Assembly (NCBI GenBank): GCA_021613535.1
Contig: CP075497.1
Span: 5,394,001 to 5,458,000 of the forward strand
Origin: Adineta vaga
Taxonomy: Eukaryota > Animalia > Rotifera
Direction: 5' to 3'
DNA: 64,000 nt
This document shows, piece by piece, positions 24,943-38,100 of this stretch. Positions within the stretch are counted from its first letter, which is position 1, and each line of letters begins with the position of its first letter. The notes under the pieces are model-generated. The model was given only the letters and a program-made list of their open reading frames with translations, had not been told where the DNA came from and searched no databases. A program made the position numbers and the translations under genes.

Positions 24943-25864
24943 GATGATGACCGTGTATGAGTTATCAACTGATTGGTCATCACTTGATCTTGACCTTGAC
25001 CTTGAGGTCAACCACCCTTCATATGAGATTCTTCCAATGGCACCTGCTCTGCGCAAGGTGAACCAGATCTCGACAACTGTGACCACACCAATCTGTGATC
25101 ATCGAACTATTCTTCGAGAACACCGCATTTCGAAAGTCATTACTTTTTGTTTGTCAGTCTCTTTTAATGCCCATGTTTCCGAAGCATAGACTAGTACACT
25201 AAACTAAAAACGCACGTTGTTAACAGCTTTATCTTACTTTCGATCTTTGGTTTGCGATTGCATCATTTGCTTTTACTGAAAAGAGTTTTCGGAGAATGAT
25301 AAACCCTCAAAAAGAGTTTATAACAAAAAAAGCAATTTATCAATGTGCTCCACCCGTTCACAAACCCTTTTTTCCTGATGAATCGACAAAGGTTTGTATT
25401 TTGAGTAGTTATAGTTTCTGAAGAAACGGTTGCTCTAGTAGCCAACTTTTCGACTCTGTCCTAGTCCCACGACAGAGGATGCAGACCTCGTTCACCCTGG
25501 CGGCGTCCGAGCCCGTATGATTTCCGTAGATGATCGTTCATGGTTCCTTTCTTTCGTTTTTTCGTTTTTTACAAACGGCGGTATCTGTATCCTTTCCACT
25601 CAATCCTCCTCCTTTTCCCAGACTTGTGGCAGGCACACAAATCATTGAATTATGATTTCCGTGATGAAATTTTTGTTTTCCTATCTATACAAAATTCTGA
25701 GCAAGTACCAACTCTGTGTTTCATCTAGTGAGTGAGATAGAAAGGATTGTTTCACATTTCGATCAGTGACTTTTAAGCCTATTCAACGAATAGAAAACAG
25801 CTGTTTATTCTATCTAGGCAGCAGTATTTCTTCTTTGTTTTCTTATTCATATACGTTCATCACG

Positions 25865-26425
25865 TTAACAACGGGCACATGCACATTGAGAAGAATATAA
25901 AATAACAGAAATTGCTAGAGACAAGATCATTCTCATATTATTTGTGCAAAACAAAATAAAAATATTCAATGTGTCAAAAATTATATGAATCACCATACGA
26001 TTCGAATGATGTGAGTAGAAGATGAGAAAAAGATCGATGATGATAGGCAGATCTTGAACACAGTATCGACAGTGGATCTTCTTTTTCTTCATTTTGAAAA
26101 GAACCGTTTGTTTTTCGTTTTCAGAATCCTGATAGCACCTACCTTCAACAACAAGACAATGTCATCTTTCTCCTTTTCGACAGCCAAACACGACAATCGC
26201 AGAAGCTCAGCCAACAGAGAAAACAAATCGAAATGATCCTTCAACAGCAGTCACCACCGGCACCTCATCTATCCTCACAACAATAGACATTGTATATTTC
26301 TATTTTCTTCTTTGTGTGACATAAAAGAACATAAATTTCGATAAATTAATCTTTTCTCATTCGATTCTTTCAAAGATAATCTTGAACAAGCAGATTTTGA
26401 CAAGTTCAAGGATGTTCTTCTTCGG
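25865..26425 (+). repeat. Right arm of the inverted duplication; pseudogene-like with exon/intron remnants
   Basis: TATA-like aatataaaa, ATG 25985 MNPPYDSND, intron gtgagt...ttttcag, NPDSTYLQQQ...SSQQ*, then DNLEQADFDKFKDVLLRNT*. Confidence 0.75.
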
Positions 26426-27565
26426 AATACATAGACTTTATTCACAGATTAATGATTAGAACAACAATTAGTGAAAACGAAAGAAGGTGTATATTCTGTG
26501 GAAATACTGAAAAGATTGTTACTTATGTTTTCTTAACCAAATCAAATGAAAGAACAGTTCGAAACGATATTCATCATGAAACGAAACTTGGCAAACTATA
26601 GTATCATCATGAAGAAGAGATTATCTGAAATAATAATATTTTATTTCATTGATATTGTTTGAAAGAATTATTTCGAATAGGTGATCTATTAATCTAATGA
26701 AGAAAACAATGAAATTAAATGATTTTCTATAGAAAAAACAAACTTTTGTAATTCTGTTCTTCGAATTCATCAAACGGATTGAATAATTTCTCGATTTCTG
26801 ACTATAATTTGAAACAGAATAACGCTAAATTCATTTCCCAGGTCGAAAAATCCGAGCCAGATCGTGCCGAAACCAAAACATTCCGCTGATATTTGCACAT
26901 CGAATCCAATATTGATATCGTAATCAGCATAGAGAGATATATATGTTACAGAATCGTAACCAAAAGCACAGAGAATACTACGTTTCTAATTATTTTTCTT
27001 CATCCAATCTAAATAAAGATGAATTCAATCGATTCTATGAATTATTTTTTTTCCAACAAACCTTAATTCAAGAATTGAAATAAATATCAGTGTTCCTAAT
27101 AAACCCCCCGGCCTAGAATAGAAGGCCATGGCTGTGCAAAACTTCGAACGCCGTATTCGAAGGCCATTCACTAATTAATTAATTAATAAATTCCAAAAAT
27201 ATAAAACTTTCATAAATATTATTTGGTAAGTATGAAAACATAACCGATTTTCTGTAAAAAAAACACCTAAAAACATGAATTAAGGTTATTAATTAATTAT
27301 TTTAAAAAATTAAATTATTTCAATTAATAATTCGTAAAAAGTTGCCCTCAATAGAATGCCACTTTGAAAACTTTGAGAAACAAAGGAAATTGTTTGTTTG
27401 TACGCTATGAGTCATTGTTCTATTAGAAACCCTCCACAAGAATAATACATCATAGCTAGGTACGGACATCACTCTTCATTAGAGAGGTGGATGATTTTCT
27501 TCATCGATTGGTTCACTGATTCATTTATCCAGTCTAGAGTATCCATCGGTAATCAATGATGGATC

Positions 27566-27590
27566 ATATATATATATATATATATATATA
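27566..27590. repeat. (TA)n microsatellite; others at ~17121-17140 (TA), 11308-11332 (GAAA), 18144-18158 (TG), 18763-18795 (CT)
   Basis: Directly visible simple repeats. Confidence 0.9.
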
Positions 27591-27609
27591 CATTTTTATT
27601 TTGCTTTAA

Positions 27610-28180
27610 ATGAACAACGACTAACTTCCCAATTCTTCCCCTACCACAAACAACATCTTCCGCCTTCGATTCTCGGATGAGAGCAGTATGTTGTTTTTTA
27701 AATAAATTTTACAAATATCTTCTTTCAACCTCTATTCTCTACTTAGGCGCAAGTAACACCAGCGTCGCCTCGCTATTATGTTCCTTTCCCCCAATCGACC
27801 CCTGTCACCAAGAGCAGTATGTTATTGTTTTTGTGAAAAATTTAAATTTATTTTCGATTTCTATCTTTATTTAGGCAGATGCTCCACCAGGGCCGCTCTT
27901 GGCCCCACCCCATCCCCAACGTCATCCCAACCCCGGCGTAAGTTGAACACCAACAAGGTTTATTAATCAATTATTCATTTTTTCATTTTAGCTTATCGTC
28001 TTCCCCCCTTCTCCATCCACCTCAAGTAAGTTAGATACTCGTTTTTGTCAAATAAATCTTTTGTTTCTCTGTTTTAGCATCCGTCCAACGTCTCACGTCC
28101 AATGATGTTTACCACCCTCCCCAACATCTAGGGTATCCAACACCAACTCACCACCGTCACCGCCACCCTCGCAACAATAA
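27610..28180 (+). pseudogene. C-rich, Pro-coding small-exon gene remnant (about 5 small exons, frameshifted)
   Basis: C-rich segments separated by ~60 nt AT-rich GT...AG introns; two exons end identically (AGAGCA|GTATGTT); AATAAA near 28175; no continuous frame found. Confidence 0.45.
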
Positions 28181-28620
28181 ACATTCCCCTAAACCTGTTC
28201 CCTTTTCCTTTTTTTTTGTTTGTTTTTCTTGTTTTTTTTATACAAAAAAAATTATGATTTCTTTTTCTTTTTGAAATTATCTTCAGCAGAGATGGGCAAG
28301 TCATACTAAACAAATTATTCATACATGTTAGACTTGAAATTTATATTCAATTGAAAACAAAATTTCAGTAGAAAAATCAAATTTGAATTGAAGGAAGAAT
28401 TTCGATCGAGAAATCAGAATGTATTTGAAAACAGAAGAGAGCATTTTAATAGAACTTTTCATTTGAGATCTGCAATTGGAAAAAGAATTGCACTTGAAAA
28501 GACATTTCAATTGGAATTTTACCATGACTGTTTGAATAAAATTGTTCAGTGGAAATAATTCTCATAGATAATCTTATATGAAACTTATATGGAAAAGTTT
28601 CAAGTTTGACACTATTGCAT

Positions 28621-28885
28621 CCCAGGACGATGGTTCCTGAAAGCAGTATTCCACTTATTTCCGGTGAAAACCTGCAGGATACCTATGTTTTCCGCGTCGG
28701 ATACCGTGGAAAAGTGCCTGGAATCCTGCTGAAAGAACCGGTGATCGTATCCGACTATCGGTTATGGCAGGTTCTTGTCGGTTCCCGATAAAACCGGGTT
28801 AATCCGATCACCGGAATACTGCTTCCATGAAATCTTCGGAAGGTCCTGGAACTGGACGGTTCCGGACCGGGTTGTTTGACATGGG
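28621..28885. mobile_element. MITE-like non-autonomous DNA element
   Basis: GC-rich 265 bp island, CCCA...TGGG ends, internal inverted repeat gaaagcagtattcc (28639) / ggaatactgcttcc (28813), no credible coding capacity; no clear TSD. Confidence 0.6.
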
Positions 28886-28887
28886 TG

Positions 28888-29063
28888 ATTCATATCTTCA
28901 ATAGAGAACAGTAAGACGAAAAAAAGCATATCGTACGTTGAATAAATTTAATGATTAGACTGGTTATTTTTTATTTTTAAAGAAAATGTATATAGAGCAA
29001 GAGAATATGACATCAGAATAAAAAAGAAACTGAAAGAGAAGAAGAAGAAAAAGAAAAAAAATA
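28888..29063 (+). repeat. Direct repeat copy 2, in the 3' flank of DNAH3
   Basis: Matches 21493-21664. Confidence 0.9.
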
Positions 29064-29131
29064 GTTTGAAAAACATTTCATTTCGTTCGGGATAGATTAT
29101 CAAAATAAAATATATCACCGTTATTATTAGT

Positions 29132-32100
29132 TTAATCATCAAGTTGACAAAGAGAAGCTACACCACGGTTGATCCAATGTCGTTTGGGTTTATCAGATGG
29201 AAGTTCGATTATAACTACGAAATTCGTTGAATGACCTGTCGTACTAAGTACACCACGTCTGGCACTTGTCTAAAGAATAGAAATATGAATTATCGAGTGT
29301 ATTTTCAAAAAGATATAGTTTACTTTATAAACAGGACATGAATAAGTGTTCACTTGTGAAAAATTCTCCGTTACTCCAGGTTTTAACCATATGATTGGCA
29401 AAGTATCAAAAAGTATTTTTGGTAATGATTCATCCAAAACATGACGTTTCTTATTCCAACGAGCACCTTCAAGAAAAAGACCTTTGATATATGCACCATC
29501 TTCAGGTTTATTTGGCATATCATTATCTTCGTCTAGAATATCAAATTCAAAACCGAGTTTATCAATGGGAATTGTATATCTTCGAGCATAATTTTGTAGA
29601 ACACCTGAAGGGAAAAAAAATAGGATATGAAAGTGTTTGTAATTTTTTATTTTCTTACCGGTCAAAAATGATTGCGTAAAGAAGAAACCACTAATCCAAA
29701 ATACAGTCGGTGGTCCATTTTTAATCCATGTTTGTAAAAATTTCAAACTAAAGGAAAACGAAAATCTTCTATTTCTATTCAAGAAAGATTTCTTACCGAG
29801 CCATCAAATCATTTAAATAACTTCCTAATGGTTTTAATGATGGATAAGATTTCGATGCCCATGCATTAGGTACTTTGCCAACAAACATTGCATTAAAAAC
29901 TTCTTCAAGTTCCGAAGACATGAGAACAAGACCTTTGATAGCTTTACGTAGATCAGCTAGAGTCTTTCGGACTTCAAATGTTAAACGATTATAACGAATA
30001 ATTTCTTGACGAAGAACAGTATTCATTGATTCATTGTAGAGAACAGGATATTTTTTTCCAATCTACAATAAAGAAAAAACAATTTGAATTTTTATCTTAC
30101 AAATTTCAATACTTACAGCTTCGGTATCGAAATCTGCAGGTAATTTACTAAGAATATCAGCAGCTAATTCATCAATAACAACGGATGGTGTACGTCCTTC
30201 ACCTCCAGAAGTTTGTTTTGGTAATGTTAAAAGAATATTATCGAATAACTAAACGATAAAGTACAATTAAAGTAATGATTATTTGAAAATATTTACTGTT
30301 TGAGTTTCTTGTTGATCTTTTGTAATATCAGCATTTGAATGTAAACCATAGACTTCCGGTAATGGATTCAATGGTAATGTTCGTACATAATCAACATATG
30401 TTTGATGTGGACCATCGTCAGGAACATAATAAGTTCCACTTTCGGAAAATCTAAATACAAACATTGAAATGTTTTTATTTCTGTTATCTTATTGTTCGAA
30501 AACATGTGGGAGAAAGGAGAAATCTTTTTTTATTTATTGATGGAGTATGAAAAAGACAATGATGTTCTAGATTTTATTTTAACCAACTTGAGCCCAAGAA
30601 GGTCGTTTTTTAAGTACAATCGATGAACGTTTGCCAACAGTTGCCCAACTTGGACGTTTGAAACGTTTACGAGATGTTGATAAATTTTTTGCATGACGAA
30701 ATACTGGATAGAATGTTTCATATCTATTCGTAGATGAAAGTTGTTCCAAATCATCTTCGACATTTTCATCATCAACTAATTGATTAGCTGCTGATGACAT
30801 ATCTGTTGTCATGACTGCAGGTGTTTCATTATCAACTAATTGACATGGACATGATTTGACCAGTGTTATTGAAAAGAAAATTAGTAATAGAGTTAAATAG
30901 ATAAATGTTCGATAAATCATTGTTCAGTTTATTAACGTTGTATGATGATTTAAGAAGATCGATAGAAATGAATGATGAATCGCAAAAAGAGAGAGAAATA
31001 TGTGGGAGAAGAAGAAAATTATTAATCAAATTTAAGTGCAACTTGCGAACAGGTCGTCTGTTTATTATATCTTCAATATTATCGATGGTATTTCAAATGT
31101 GGGTGTTAGTAGATTTTTTTCTTAATTAAATGTCATTGACATAATCGATTTTGATATATTTGCATTCGAATATCTTTATATGTGCAATAGTTATGACAAT
31201 TTCCAGAACTTTCATCTTGTTTATTTCAATTATTTTTTTGAGTGGACTTTTTCCTTTTGTATGTTTAAAGAAATAGAAGAAACTTTTTCTTACTTGTAAT
31301 GTTCGACATCGACGACTTCCTGATTGATACAAACAGATAATAATGAAAGAAGTAAACGACGATCTTTATCATCTGTTACACGACCACCATAATTACATTC
31401 ACCAAATAAATAAGATATCTAATGATAATAGAAAAGAGAGAGAAGATGAAGGAAGAATACTAGAATAATAGAAAAACAAACTTACAGCTTCTAATGGAAA
31501 ATCTTCGTATTCATTGAGAAACATTTGAAGTTGACGGAGAGAGATTCGAAGATCGGATTCACTGAAAACGAGGATAAAAATGATATAATCAAATAATTCA
31601 TTGTTTCGCAATCAAGCTAGTTGTATTGATTATGTTTATGTAACTTACTCGAAGAAGTATGGAATGTTCCCTAAAAACAAAATCATACCATAAGTTTTAT
31701 TTTGAATTAATTTTTCAATTGATGCTTACATCCTAATGGCCCAAATTGTCTTCGTTCTTGTACGAGACCATGAAAGAAACAAAGTCCAAATAGAAGTTTT
31801 CTCCATCTTTCTGGTTTATTACAACCATTGAAGAATGTTTGATCATTAATTGGATCATTTAAATATGAACGAAGTAAATTTGCTCGTAAACCTTTTGGAC
31901 TTTCATTGGTCATTTTAATACCATTTTGTAAGATTGTAACAGGAAAAAGATCGGATGGATAAGATGTTAACCAAAGACGAAAATCATTATGAACTTTTCC
32001 AGGTACTAAAAGTTCTTCACAGATTCGTTCTAATTTGGGCATCCAACTAGCAGCTAAATGACAATTTTGTAAGACAACCCAAGTACCTTTTTCAACACCT

Positions 32101-35100
32101 TCGACAATTAATGATTGAGCATACGGTCCCTATGATAGAATAAGATCAGAAATTGATGAGATTATGTATGGAAATTTTATACCTGTCCTTGACCAAGTGA
32201 AACTGTTTTGATTTTTTCATCAAAAACTCCCATTGTTTCACCAAATTTTAATAAAGCCATCATTGGATCAGCACCTGGAGACAAAACAAAGATCAATGGA
32301 GTTGTTGATGATGAATCGGCATATGAACCAGGTAAATCAAAGGTCGGTGGTTCTACAAATTGTTGTCCCATATGTTTAATAATATATTGTTGTACTGCCG
32401 GCACTATTTTATCCGGACGAAACAAACGTAAAAGAACAAGTCTAAAGACAATTAATTAAAGTTTTCCTTTCTAAGTAGAGAAGAAATATCTACTAACCTT
32501 TCTAATGCACTACGACTATTATACTCATCTGGATATGGTTGTTCATGTGGTGTGGGTGAATCATAGAGTATTTTCCATTTCTCTTTATGTTCTTTAACAT
32601 GTGCCATTAATCCACGAAAAGTTGGTAATTCCGATGCTCGAACAATCTCAGCCCAAGATTTATCATTTAACCAATCTGATGCTGGATTTGGATATGGATT
32701 ATCTAAGCCAACACCACCAGTTAGAAGAAATCGCCATATATTATCATCAACTTCTCCTCGACCTTTTTCTAATTGTATACAGAGTATAAATGAAAATAAA
32801 AGTTTATGACGTTCTAATAATGATCGACAAACATTGCGATAAATGGATTCAGTAAAATGTGCATTCAATTTCTGAATACGTTCTTGTAAATCAGTTGATT
32901 TTTCACTATTTTCAATTGACATTATGTATAAATTGATAAACCAAACAAGAGAATATTGATACATCTTAATAGAAGAAATGAAGATTTAAATTTATTTAAT
33001 TCGAGTTTTCGTTTTTTGTTCTTACTGGATCGATATTTGCTAAATCAGATATACAGAAAAATAGAATGGTCGAATGTTTAGCAACAGGTAAATATCCTTG
33101 ACGAGTAAGTTCAATCTCTTTCTGTGTTTCTTCCGCAATCTTTTGTTTTGCTTCGATTTCTTCGGAGATTTTCTTCGAAGATGATAGAATTTGAATGGCT
33201 GTTTCATTTTCCAGTAGATTACCCTGATGAAAAAGAGAAGAAATGAATTATTACAAGAAGGAAAATGATCAAATAATTTACAGCAGATGAAGATAAAACT
33301 TCAAGAATAGTATCTTCAATTTCTTTTTGTTTACGTTTATTTTCAGCAGATTGAATAATCAGATTATTTTTCTGTTCTTCAAGTTCAGGTTTTTCTTTAG
33401 CAGCAACAATACTTAGTAATTGATCTTGTAAACCTTCGGTTGTAATCATGAAATTAATTAATGTAACTTTAACAGATATTTCTGGAAGATAATGTGGATT
33501 ACGTAATTTTGTTGTAATATAAAAGCGAAAATCACGAGAATATTCAATTACATTTTCACCAAATTTTATATACTAAAACGAAAAATCAATGCTCTTTTCT
33601 CGATTTAAATGTCAATTTCGATCAACATACTTCAACACCTTGTTGTTTAAATGTTGCTTTCAATAAAACATTATCCAAAACTGGATCTAATTCTTCGCTA
33701 ACATTTTCTAACAGAATTGGTGTACCGAATTGAATGGCATTTTCTAATGATCGACTATAAGTTGGATCTTGTAATTTAACCACAGCTAAACGATTATCTC
33801 GTTCCATATTTTTAATCCATTTATTTGCTTGTGATTGAGGATCGATACAAAGTGGCCAACGACGTGCATTCGTAGCTATAATACCATTATCAACGGAAAA
33901 TGAATCAACAGGTAAACCAGCTATTTGCCATGCACGAATTTTTACAGCATCTCCTAATGTCGTATTCAATGAGAATACATCGGAACATGGAATACGTTTT
34001 GATTTACATAAATCAATCCATTGACGAATGCAATCCTAAATATAGAAAGTATTTTTTCTCGAATAGAAAGGTTCTATTTTTGACTAACCGTTCGATAATT
34101 AACAGTAAATGGTCCGAGATAGGCTACAACACCAGCACTGAGAAGAATATCACCTGTTAATTGAATATAACGTTCTCCTAATCGTCGTGCTTGATCTGTC
34201 CATCGATCCTTTTCTCCACCGAGACCTTCGATAAGTTGAACAGCACGTGTCAATTTCTTTTCACAAAGATTTCGTTGATCTTCTAATTCATTCTTCTTTT
34301 GAACATTCGTTTCATATTCATCAGTTAAAGCTTTCAAACGTGCTTCAAGTTCTTGAACTTGTCGTTGTTTTTCTTGTAATTTACTCATTTGTTCAGAAAG
34401 AGCTTCTTCAGCTTCATTTAATTTCATTCGTTTTGGTTGAACAACTTTGATAACACGATCATATTTTTCCAATGCTAAAATCCATTTACATAGACCCTCA
34501 CAAGCAGCTGAAACTTTAGCAACTTCAGCTGGTTGAAATGAAGAATTTTGAGCAAAACGATCTCGAATTTGTTTTATAACTTGTGCTTTAATATTATCTT
34601 TATCATATGTTTGTAAATTCTTTTAAATAAACAAAGATATTGTTCTAATGAAATCAAATTCATTCGAACTTACTTTACGAAAATCCATATCGGCAAGAAG
34701 TCGAACTGATGTAGGCCAATAATCTAAGATTGGTCTTTGTGTTGCTGGATCAATTTTACGTTCAGGTGCTTTTTCTAGCATGACACATACAGCTTCCATT
34801 ACAAGTTTAACACCAGCTGGTGGATTTTTCATAGCTTTGACAATAACCAATTCAGAAGGTTTCAATGTATCTTTATAAGATCAAGTTTACAGATGATCAA
34901 TTTTATTTTGGAAAAATTAACTTACTAAGTGCTTCTTCAGCTTCTTTCAATGCTGGTAACGCTTCTGTCAGTTCATTTTCACATTCATCCTTAATCGATT
35001 GAGCTTTTGCAGCTGCTTCATTAGCCACTGCTTCATCTGCAGCAACAATTTCTTTTCGTGCTTCAACTTCAGCTGTTTCTTGTTCAATACGAATCTATGA

Positions 35101-38100
35101 AGAAAAATAAACAAACATTTCTCTCAATTATTCTCTCAAAAGAAAATACCATAAGATTTTCAACGACCACAGCTGTTTCTTTTAACTTTGGTTGTAAATC
35201 AATTAATTCTATTTTCATTGCATCAATAGCTACACGAGCATAATCAAGTTGTTTGAGACCATTCAAATAATTATCTTTCAAAGTTTGAATTTCATTACGT
35301 TTAATTCTTAATAAATCTAAATTACAAGATAGTATATTTTAGAACTTGAAAATAAAATTCTTTTCTTTTCCTCTACCTTTAAATGTTAAAATCAATTCAA
35401 GATACGATGTTGGTGTAACATAATTATGTCGAGATAATTGTTGAAGAAATAATTCTGATAAGATTCGAATATTTTCATGAAATGTTTTACACATAAGCTT
35501 AAGGAAAACACAACATTCATGAATGAGAAGAAAATTCTATTCAAACTTACGACACAATTTGTTCGTATTTCATCTTCTAAGTCGACTTCTTCTAAGAATT
35601 TCTTTGCTACCATTTCTAAGGCATCTTCTGGCCATGATGTAAACCAATCAATTGTACAGCAATTGATCAACGATGGAAACATACGAAGACGATTACGAAA
35701 TGCATCACCAATTGGTGAAAAAGCAAGAACAATATGAAGAGCAGAACGAACACGTTCAATGAAAAAGTTATACAAAGCCATTGGTGTCGATTCAATTTTA
35801 CGATTTAATTGTCGAGCAACATTTTGCATTTTATCACAAATTTCTGCTCGTTCATCAGCAGGAAATAAATTAGGAATATCAGCAGTATTTAACATCATGT
35901 TAATATCTTCGATGAACGATTCATCTTTCTGAAGAAACAAAGCATCATATTAAAAACAACAAGGTTTGATAAACAGATAAGATCTTACAATTTGAGAATC
36001 ATTGAAAAGAAAGACGGTACTTTTGCCTAGAAGAAAAAATAACAAGTTATTAGAATTTGAACAATTGAACATATACATTGACTGAATTTTGTAACAACTT
36101 ATGATCAAAACTCGTTTCTCTCGTATGAAAATGATTTGTAGAAGAATGAACTTCGTGATCTATCTCAATAGTTAAAGCATTGTGGAGACGACATAGAACA
36201 ACATAACAATAATTTACAATTTTACGATATGTGTCGATGAATAGTACAAAAACAATCGGATATATTGATTTTTGATATATAAATACCTGCAGTAGGAGGA
36301 CCTTTTTGACCTTTTGTAGTCCCCAAAAGATTTATTCCTTGATAAAATATATTCTAACTTATCTTTTCCCTTCGACACTAAGGAACTTTGAAAAAGATTT
36401 ACCTTCAACTCCACTTTTACGAAAAAGTTTTCGAATATCATCTCTCCATTCATTCTTGCCATACGTTCGTGTGATTTCAATTTGAAATAATTCATAATCA
36501 GCCATATATGCTGCCATTTTACACGATGAACTCTAGCAAAGAAAATCGTCATCCATAAAAACACATCTTTAAAAGATCAATCATTCAAATTCATACTCGT
36601 CCACTTCCACCAATACCAACAAGCAATGCATGACCTTGATCTTGTTTTAATACACGTGATACACGTGAGATATGTTCGATAGCAAATTGAAACATAACTA
36701 AATGCATAGGACTTTTACTAACAGCATTATAATCATCTAAATATGATTCCATAACTTTTTGTAATTGTGACAAATCAGTTATTTCATCATAAGGTTTCGG
36801 ATCGGCATCTGGTTTAATAAAATCTCCGAACATTAATGCACGAATCTAAATTCATTCAACAAGATAGATTAATATGAAGTTTTATTCAATTAGTATATCT
36901 TACATGTTCATCACGAAGTTGTTTTGGTGATGCATTGGGTGGAATTAAATGTTCAAGTAAGTTATTTAAATTTTGTTTTAATGAATCATTCATAACGTCT
37001 TTAACCATAGAAAAGAATGTTTGTCGATCATCATCATCAATCAATCGATCATAGAAAACTCGATAGATTTCATGAACCCATAGACGATATAATTTCTTTT
37101 CATCTTTCAAATGTGTATTCGGTGCAAGTAAAATTCCTCTAACAACACGTGAAAAGTCACGTAGATTAAAAATATAATGTGATTTTTGTGGTGTAGGAAG
37201 AAATTGTTCACAAGCTTTCTTATAAATTTGCATTGTTGCTTGAATAAGTAAACGACCAACACGTTGAAATGACGTTTCAAAACCACGTGCAAAATGCCAA
37301 TCAACAATTGATGTAAAGATCTTCTGCATAGTATCATCACTAAATGAATCAATTGAAATAATATTACAATGACGAGAAAATCGGCCAGTAATTGTATTTC
37401 GACCACCACCTGGTGGACCCATTGCACCAAGAAAGAGCTACAAAACAAAACGAAAAAATAAATATGTCGTTGTTTTCCTTTCGAAGAAATTTACAAGATC
37501 GAGAAGACTTATAACTGATGTATCTTTACGATCAAACCAATAACCTTGATCAAGCCATTGACGAAGTAATTCAATAGGCGGTTGACTACCGTATTTTTCT
37601 TTAGCTGGCATATTTAGATCATCAACGAAGATAATACATTTTTTACCCATTGGAGGACCATAAACACCTTTACGACGTCTATAATTGTTCATATTTATGT
37701 AAACTATTCTTAATAAAAAATGCTTATTTACCGATCGAGTTTGCTCATAATCGTATCCATTGTTTGATTTGATGATGTTCGAGCAGAAAAGTTAACAACA
37801 TTCGCAACAAATCTAAATGAAAATATCGTTATGCTTCATCAATCTTTGATACAATAAAACCTACTTTTCTTTTGGCAATCGAACGAGAAAATAGTTATTA
37901 AGTGCTGATTTACCAGTACCTAAAAATACGAACGAAAAACATTTCCATAAATTGTCATTCGTATATATCTTCAATTACCAGTTGGTCCAACTAATAGAAG
38001 TGGAATATTATGTGAAATAAACGTATCCAAAAAGTATGTTTGTCGTGCTGTTTCATCAGTTTGAATGATTAAATCGACAACTTTAACACCTTCTTGAATA

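Noticed and set aside
28606-28791. 61-aa ORF in a GC-rich island
   Set aside because: Lies inside the MITE-like element, non-ATG start, no transposase motifs.
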